DNA of 64,000 bases from an uncultured Chthonomonadaceae bacterium (GTDB lineage: Bacteria > Armatimonadota > Chthonomonadetes > Chthonomonadales > Chthonomonadaceae): the NCBI GenBank assembly GCA_963835065.1, contig CAWIEK010000063.1, forward strand, positions 128,001-192,000, given 5' to 3'. Of this stretch, positions 1-5,700 are shown piece after piece. Made by a program: the position numbers and the translations under genes. The notes under the pieces were generated by a model, which searched no databases, was not told the DNA's origin, and saw nothing but the letters and a program-made list of their open reading frames with translations. The number at the start of each line of letters is the position of its first letter. The stretch's first letter is position 1.

Positions 1-48
1 TTTCGCAGCCTTCAAGCAATCCTCACTCATGTCCTGCCACGTTGCCAC
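1..48 (-). CDS. 5' end of a probable HEPN-domain protein (runs off the window)
   Basis: GAGGGA RBS, then GTG; translates MATWQDMSEDCLKAAK, resembling the first helix of HEPN proteins. Only 16 codons are visible. Confidence 0.4.
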   Translation of the reverse strand, partial: MATWQDMSEDCLKAAK

Positions 49-70
49 CGCATTTCCCTCAGTTGATGTT

Positions 71-102
71 TAAAAAAGGCGCGTGAAACTGTTCACGCGC
101 CT
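71..102 (-). terminator. Intrinsic terminator downstream of the distal ppdK 3' copy
   Basis: Perfect stem AGGCGCGTGAA/TTCACGCGCCT (77-87, 92-102) followed by a T-run on the - strand. Confidence 0.75.
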
Positions 103-132
103 CTTTATTATACGCCCGGTTTGCAGGAATGT

Positions 133-330
133 CTACCTGTCGCGTTCGGTTCCGCTGTTGAGGGCGGCTTGGGCGGCCAGTCGGGCAATGGGGACGCGGA
201 AGGGCGAGCAACTGACGTAGTTGAGGCCGATCTTGTGGCAGAACTTCACGCTTTCCGGTTCGCCTCTATGCTCGCCGCAGATGCCTAACTTGATGTCGGG
301 ACGCACCTGCTTGGCCGACGCAACCGCCAT
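133..330 (-). pseudogene. ppdK: Duplicated 3' end of ppdK (distal copy, 198 bp)
   Basis: Aligns to 5701-5901 with a one-codon deletion, G>R in EHGGEP and several synonymous changes; homology stops abruptly at 330. Confidence 0.95.
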
Positions 331-474
331 AACAGGCTGCTTTCTCAATCGGGCATTCCTACGGTTCGTCCGTCACACGGTTGGCAAAAGGCCGTAGAAT
401 CCTTTTGGCGCGCATCAAAACTGTGGAACACAAACAAACGCGAATGGTTCGCGCCTGTTTTTGAGTCTGCTTTG

Positions 475-759
475 CTATGCCGCCTGCTTTTCCGGCGCTT
501 CAATTTCTTCCTGCGGGGCCATGAGCGACAGCAGAATGTTCAAATGCTGCTGATCTTGCAGTTCAATTTCTACATCGGCGAGCGTATCGTACAGTTCGAA
601 CGTCCGGGCGGGCCAGACATTGGGGCGCACGGGAACTTGCCACAACGTTTCCATTTTACGAACGCCCGCGTCCAGAACTTCAATGGTCGCGCCGCTCGGC
701 TGACGCCCTTCAAAGCGTTCGCGCACCATTTGCGCTACGGCTTCCGCGTTAATCTCCAT
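475..759 (-). CDS. Small acidic protein, putative partner/antitoxin of the upstream HEPN gene
   Basis: 94 aa ORF whose start overlaps the end of the HEPN fragment. Confidence 0.6.
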   Translation of the reverse strand: MEINAEAVAQMVRERFEGRQPSGATIEVLDAGVRKMETLWQVPVRPNVWPARTFELYDTLADVEIELQDQQHLNILLSLMAPQEEIEAPEKQAA

Positions 760-961
760 TGTCTTTTATCTCCAGAATGTCGAATACAAGCCGAACGTCA
801 TGGATTCTGTTGAGCGCTGTACGCCGGTCTACCAGAACCGCCGGACGATAATCCGCATTTTCGCGTTCGATACGGAGGCGGCGGAGCGCTTTGTTCAGTT
901 GATAACGCTTGCTGCGATGCAGGCTGGTATTGTTGAGTACCAAATCCGGCACTTGCTCATG
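749..961 (-). pseudogene. 5'-truncated HEPN-domain gene
   Basis: HEQVPDLV...LRRLRIERENADY carries the HEPN R-x-x-A-D-Y motif; there is no plausible N-terminal half or start before the stop of the next gene at 1008. Confidence 0.65.
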
Positions 962-1007
962 TTTGCCGAAATGTCTATAAACTGGAAGAGACGATCTTAT
1001 TGTTGTG

Positions 1008-1301
1008 CTATACCAGACAAAAATCCTTAAGAACCTTCGGAATGCCTTCCGTATCCCAAGCCGTTTCCACACAGACTCGCATTTCCACGTCAGGTAATGC
1101 CTCCAGGCGCAGACGTTGGAGCAGAGTTTCATCTATCACCTGCACGACCAATGGACAGCGTTTCTGAGTTCCATTGCGCAGGGTAAGCGTCATGACACAT
1201 CCGAGCCGTGCAGGAGTCCCTTCCACAATTCCTGTTGCTGTAACGCGATGCCAGGCCGTTTTGCGTCCCACCCGGTTCGCCGTAATTGTCTCACTGCTCA
1301 T
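1008..1301 (-). CDS. Hypothetical protein, paralogue of 2357-2722
   Basis: Shared motifs W.R.T.TG...G.P, V.DE.LL.RL, E.R.C.ET.W, LKDFC; ATGA overlap with the upstream gene. Confidence 0.8.
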   Translation of the reverse strand: MSSETITANRVGRKTAWHRVTATGIVEGTPARLGCVMTLTLRNGTQKRCPLVVQVIDETLLQRLRLEALPDVEMRVCVETAWDTEGIPKVLKDFCLV

Positions 1302-1855
1302 TGTTTGTTTCCTCTCCGAACTCTGACGTGATCTCTCGTTTCCAGTTGCAGCAGTCTCTCGTCTGGCGGTGGGCTGCCCGGAACCGGCAGCCCTGTTCCT
1401 CCTGTATCTATCTCTACGCCAGTCGCCAGGTGGAAAATAGCAATCTGATCACTCTCCAGCGCAAAATCTCGCGCTACACTCTCCTCATAAACCAGAACAG
1501 ATAGATCGAGAAAAAAGCTTTCTACCCCCTCATCGTTGATACCTTTCCATATTCCAATGCAGCAACGCGGGTGCTGCAGCAGGCTATAGTGCTTTTCAAT
1601 GAAGGCTTGCAGTTCCTCGGCAACGCTTTCTGCATCTGGATAGGCCGTTAGATCGTTGTCTAATCCAACCGCAAAGAACGGCTGGCTTATTTGATCACCG
1701 AAGTACAGGCTATAAGTTGCGCCCCCGCCGTTCTCAGGCTTCTCCAGAATTTCCAATATCTCATCAAGCGCCTTCGCGACTTCGCGCATATTCGGCAGGG
1801 AGGCAGAGACAGAAGAGAGGTATTCCAACAGGTTGTTCGCGCTCACCCCGGACAC
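1298..1855 (-). CDS. Hypothetical protein, paralogue of 2722-3255
   Basis: Shared GG.TYSLYFGDQ..QPF.AVGLDN, LL.HPRCC.GIW, D..VLVY.E..AR.FAL...QIA. Confidence 0.85.
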   Translation of the reverse strand: MSGVSANNLLEYLSSVSASLPNMREVAKALDEILEILEKPENGGGATYSLYFGDQISQPFFAVGLDNDLTAYPDAESVAEELQAFIEKHYSLLQHPRCCIGIWKGINDEGVESFFLDLSVLVYEESVARDFALESDQIAIFHLATGVEIDTGGTGLPVPGSPPPDERLLQLETRDHVRVRRGNKQ

Positions 1856-2027
1856 CGCCTTTTCATTCTACCTACAGGACAAATGTGTTTTGAATTAATT
1901 GGCGCATCGAACAACCAATTGTTGTAGATATTGTAGCATAGAATAGACAGACCGAACGAGGCACAAAGGGAAAATTGAATTTCCCCTCTGTGCCTTTGTG
2001 TCTCTAGCGTAGCGGGGGACTATGCGG

Positions 2028-2368
2028 CTATTTGTCCCGATGCGCGGTATCGCCAAGCGCGGCTTGGGCGGCGGCCAGTCGGGCAATGGGAACGCGGAAA
2101 GGAGAGCAGGACACGTAGTTGAGGCCGATCTTGTGGCAGAACTTCACGCTTTCCGGTTCGCCGCCATGCTCGCCGCAGATGCCCAACTTGATGTCGGGAC
2201 GCACCTGCTTGGCGCTTGCAACCGCCATCTGCATCAGCTTGCCCACGCCGGCTTGATCTACGGTGTCGAAGGGATCGGCAGCCAGGATTTTCTGCTCGAT
2301 GTAGGGCACGAGGAACTTGCCCGCATCATCACGGCTGAACCCAAACGTCATCTGCGTCAGGTCGTTGG
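2028..2368 (-). pseudogene. ppdK: Duplicated 3' end of ppdK (proximal copy, 341 bp) with alternative tail GDTAHRDK
   Basis: Colinear with 5701-6041; protein identical from MTFGF to AAQAAL with only synonymous changes; homology stops at 2368. Confidence 0.97.
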
Positions 2369-2722
2369 CTGCTTGTAAAGCAACTCAGGCGTTTCTGACG
2401 GCTCTATGCAGCAGAAATCCTTGAGTGTCGCGGCAACATCCGCTGTGTTCCAATCGGTTTCTATACAGGCGCGTATTTCAACGCCTACAGAAAGTTTCAT
2501 AAGCCGGAGCAACAGGTTTTCGTCCGTCACGCGCACTGCCTGCGAGAAGTGCCGGGTGACACCGCTTTGCGTTTGCCCAACCGCATGAAATGTCACGCAG
2601 GTAGGATTGCCCGGTGTGACGCCTGTAAGCGTCATGCGCTGCCAACGAGCGTTCGGCTTAGAGGACGTTACTGCCTGCTGTGTTTCTAAAATGGCGATGT
2701 CGTTGCTCATAATTCGCTCCAT
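2357..2722 (-). CDS. Hypothetical protein, paralogue of 1008-1301; stop codon supplied by the ppdK fragment
   Basis: Motif similarity; its last codons (CCA ACG ACC TGA) are read from ppdK-derived sequence in another frame. Confidence 0.8.
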   Translation of the reverse strand: MERIMSNDIAILETQQAVTSSKPNARWQRMTLTGVTPGNPTCVTFHAVGQTQSGVTRHFSQAVRVTDENLLLRLMKLSVGVEIRACIETDWNTADVAATLKDFCCIEPSETPELLYKQPTT

Positions 2723-3255
2723 TATTCCGGCTTGTCCTGCGTATCCAGTCGACGCAACCGCTCCAAACTGGATTCGCCTGTACCGCCGATTGCAATCTCC
2801 CCTGAACCGCCTTGTCGAAGATCGTACAAGGCGATCTGGTTTCCCCCGAGTGCAAATTCGCGCGCCCTTGCTTCATTGTACACCAGAACGGCAACATCTA
2901 TCCAGGCGGTTTCTACGCCATCCACATCTTTTGTTCGCCAGATACCAACACAGCAACGCGGGTGTGTCAGCAAATCACGACGCGCTTGCAGAAACCCGGT
3001 CAATGCTTCCGTCAGGGCTTCCGGTTCTGCTGTCCATGTGAAATTGTTGTCCAGACCCACAGCGTAAAAAGGCTGGCCGAATTGATCGCCGAAGTAAAGG
3101 CTGTAGGTCACTCCTCCATCCCGCTCAGGTTTGTTCAGAATAACTTGCATGTCTGCAACTGCCTGTATCGCCGCTTTCAACGCAGGCAACGATGGGGCAA
3201 CTTCGCTGAACAAGTATTCAAACAACGTTCCCGCAACGTTACCAGACATCCACAT
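2722..3255 (-). CDS. Hypothetical protein, paralogue of 1298-1855
   Basis: Motif similarity; stop/start coupled to both neighbours. Confidence 0.85.
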   Translation of the reverse strand: MWMSGNVAGTLFEYLFSEVAPSLPALKAAIQAVADMQVILNKPERDGGVTYSLYFGDQFGQPFYAVGLDNNFTWTAEPEALTEALTGFLQARRDLLTHPRCCVGIWRTKDVDGVETAWIDVAVLVYNEARAREFALGGNQIALYDLRQGGSGEIAIGGTGESSLERLRRLDTQDKPE

Positions 3256-3662
3256 TACCTCGTGACTCGTTGATGCGCCAGATCGAGAAGATGTTCCGAC
3301 TTGTCAATAAGCGCATCCGCCTGCTGGTCGCGCTGTGCCCTTATCTGCTCTTGAGCCATGCGCCCATTGAGCGCGCTCATTTCAATGCGAAGCGCGTCCA
3401 TACGCTTTTCTTCCGCGCGGCTGATCGTTCGCATCAAAGCCTTTTCTGTCAGCCGTTGATACTCCTGCCGCAGCGAAGCAAGGTTTTCCATTGCCTGAAA
3501 CTGTTGAACCATATCTTCGACTATTTGAGCAGGGGTGGTACTTCGCGCCTGCGCCATCTGTTCTAAAATGTGGTAAGTACGGGGCGTCAGTTCCAACCGC
3601 TCACCTGTTTGTGCCAACTCATTTTCTCCTGTTCCATTGGCGTTGCGCTTTCCTTCATCCAT
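3255..3662 (-). CDS. Hypothetical protein, ribbon-helix-helix-like N-part plus coiled coil (antitoxin-like)
   Basis: RLELTPRTYHILEQMAQARSTTPAQIVEDMV pattern; TAATG coupling to the next gene. Confidence 0.6.
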   Translation of the reverse strand: MDEGKRNANGTGENELAQTGERLELTPRTYHILEQMAQARSTTPAQIVEDMVQQFQAMENLASLRQEYQRLTEKALMRTISRAEEKRMDALRIEMSALNGRMAQEQIRAQRDQQADALIDKSEHLLDLAHQRVTR

Positions 3663-3722
3663 GTCAAAAAGAGGACGCGAACATTCTCGCCCTTCTCCAT
3701 TATACGCCCGTTTCGCTAAATC

Positions 3723-3944
3723 CTATGGTAACGGTTCAGAATCACAGAAAGCATCGAAAGCCTTTCCTGTTTCGATGTAAGCCGTAAATTCAATACTTTC
3801 CTGCTCGGACCAATCCATAGCCGCCAATATGCCGAAGAACTCCGTGACATCTACTTTGTCGTACCCCTCGCTCAATATAGCATCTGCCATCGTCTGAAAA
3901 TTAGTCGGTATCAACTCCTCATTCAACATCAGCCCCTTTTTCAT
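3723..3944 (-). CDS. Small acidic hypothetical protein
   Basis: 73 aa ORF with an AGGTAGG-like RBS upstream. Confidence 0.5.
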   Translation of the reverse strand: MKKGLMLNEELIPTNFQTMADAILSEGYDKVDVTEFFGILAAMDWSEQESIEFTAYIETGKAFDAFCDSEPLP

Positions 3945-4400
3945 AAGCCTACCTACCCTTACTGTAATTCGCTGCTACAACCACAGTCCAAATTTCGCAA
4001 CAAAAAGGTTCCTACTAAACTGCCTTATCCCCCCTGCGCCTTTGTACCTGACGTGAAAGAGTTGTAGATCAGCGGATTCGCAAAAGGCGAGACATGTCAA
4101 CTCTATTTTTGCATAACGGCACATTCAAACCATTTTGTTATCCATGCTTATTTATTGTAGACTGTCACAAGAGGCTCATCCTGACCATTGAACGATTTTG
4201 AACTGTTTTTTTCGACGTTTTCTGTCCATTGAAACTATGCAATCTGTTGGCATCCAAGATTTAGAAATATGGATTTCATGTCTCACTATATTTCTCGACG
4301 GTCAGCCGAACGGCAACGGACGTCTACTGCTATGCGCCTGTACGTTGTTACGTTTCGATTCAACGCTTGGTTTCAAGCGTTACGACAAAAGGAGAAGCAA

Positions 4401-4721
4401 TTGGTTACTAATCCCTGCACCCCTGCTTACTAGCTCAACCGCCTTCTCATCCTTTCCGCGCATGCGGCACAGCGTTGTAAAGAGCGCGGCCTGCCCCATC
4501 TGAATTATCTGCCAGCCAATGCTCGGCTCGTGGACACGGATGTGGACGTGCATGGACGACTGGAAGCGCTGACGTTCAAAGTTTTGGACGATGAGTGCCC
4601 CTTCTTCGTTGTGGTTTCGGTGAACGCAGTTGTCATCACGGTGTTCATAAACGAGGAACAGATGTTCGCCAAATCGCAGCGTCGCAAGCAGTACCGTAGA
4701 CGCTGCCGACAGATGGGCTAA
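4401..4721 (+). pseudogene. DUF4258/BrnT-like (RelE-fold) toxin-like gene interrupted by an in-frame TAG at 4431-4433
   Basis: AAGGAG RBS, then TTG at 4401; the frame continues past the TAG as LILSAHAAQRCKERGL...FVVVSVNAVVITVF. Confidence 0.6.
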
Positions 4722-4794
4722 AGCAACACAAAACATATCGTGAGTACAAGATCAGGCTGCTAGTGCAGTGCCTGATTTTTAAACGCCTTCACAC

Positions 4795-4830
4795 AAAGGC
4801 GCTTTGCACGGAGGGCAGCAAAGCGCCTTT
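4795..4830. terminator. Stem-loop between accessory genes
   Basis: AAAGGCGCTTTGC...GCAAAGCGCCTTT inverted repeat. Confidence 0.55.
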
Positions 4831-4863
4831 ATTGTGAGGCTCAGGTGAAAGGGCAATACGCAT

Positions 4864-5580
4864 ATGGAACAAAAATATGCTTTGTCAGCATACAAACCGA
4901 CGCACATCACCCCGCAACTTATTAAAACAGCCTATCACGAAGCCGGTCACGCGCTCGCCTGCGTGTGGCGTCGCTCACTGGTACAGCGCGTCACAGCAAT
5001 GCCACAGCCAGGCTCACGCGGGCATTGTCTGTATTCCATCAGCAACGCGACATCGCCGTTGGATCGCGTCAAGATGAGTCTGGCCGGAGCCATCGCCGCC
5101 CGCATTGCCACACAACCACAATGGTATCCTGTTCCGGGTTGGCGTCCCTCAGCGGAAGAGGGAGCAGGCGCAGATATGCAGGATGTATTCCAGTTTCTCC
5201 GAGAACACACAAGCGGTTCTTGTGTTTCGTGGAGTGACCGTAGCGCAGGGTTTTCAGAAAAGGAGGATGCCATACTTGATGGCCTCATTGCTGAAGTCTT
5301 CAAATGGCTGAGTGCCCCGGCGCGGCGGCAGGCGTTGGATGTGGTGGCGTCTCTGTTGATGGATCAAGGAACTCTGGTTATGCCATTGGTTAATCAGATC
5401 ATCCGCGACTCGATGACTTTTCCGTCACATCAAGGGTTCGTGTTTGCGCCTGATTTTAGCTATCGGCACTGGAAACGAATGGTTGAATTAGGTGGCGTGT
5501 ACGACCCGCGCCGCCGCGCCTGGTGGATTCCACCCTCACAAATCAACAGCCTTAACAATTTGAGGCGCAGGCAAGGATAG
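4864..5580 (+). CDS. Stand-alone FtsH/M41-like zinc metallopeptidase domain with a C-terminal DUF5710-like segment
   Basis: TAYHEAGHA, SLAGAIA and GAGAD motifs; C-terminal LGGVYDPRRRAWWIP. Confidence 0.7.
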   Translation: MEQKYALSAYKPTHITPQLIKTAYHEAGHALACVWRRSLVQRVTAMPQPGSRGHCLYSISNATSPLDRVKMSLAGAIAARIATQPQWYPVPGWRPSAEEGAGADMQDVFQFLREHTSGSCVSWSDRSAGFSEKEDAILDGLIAEVFKWLSAPARRQALDVVASLLMDQGTLVMPLVNQIIRDSMTFPSHQGFVFAPDFSYRHWKRMVELGGVYDPRRRAWWIPPSQINSLNNLRRRQG

Positions 5581-5651
5581 CACGTTTTGCAGAGATGCGC
5601 AAGAACCTGAACCTGTGCAATTTACTCATCCGCCCTCACGACACCTGCAAA

Positions 5652-5686
5652 CAACAACAGGCAGGGCTTATTTCTGCCTGTTGTTG
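5652..5686. terminator. Hairpin terminator between convergent ppdK and peptidase genes
   Basis: CAACAACAGGCAG/CTGCCTGTTGTTG 13 bp stem. Confidence 0.7.
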
Positions 5687-5700
5687 CATGAGTATAACAC

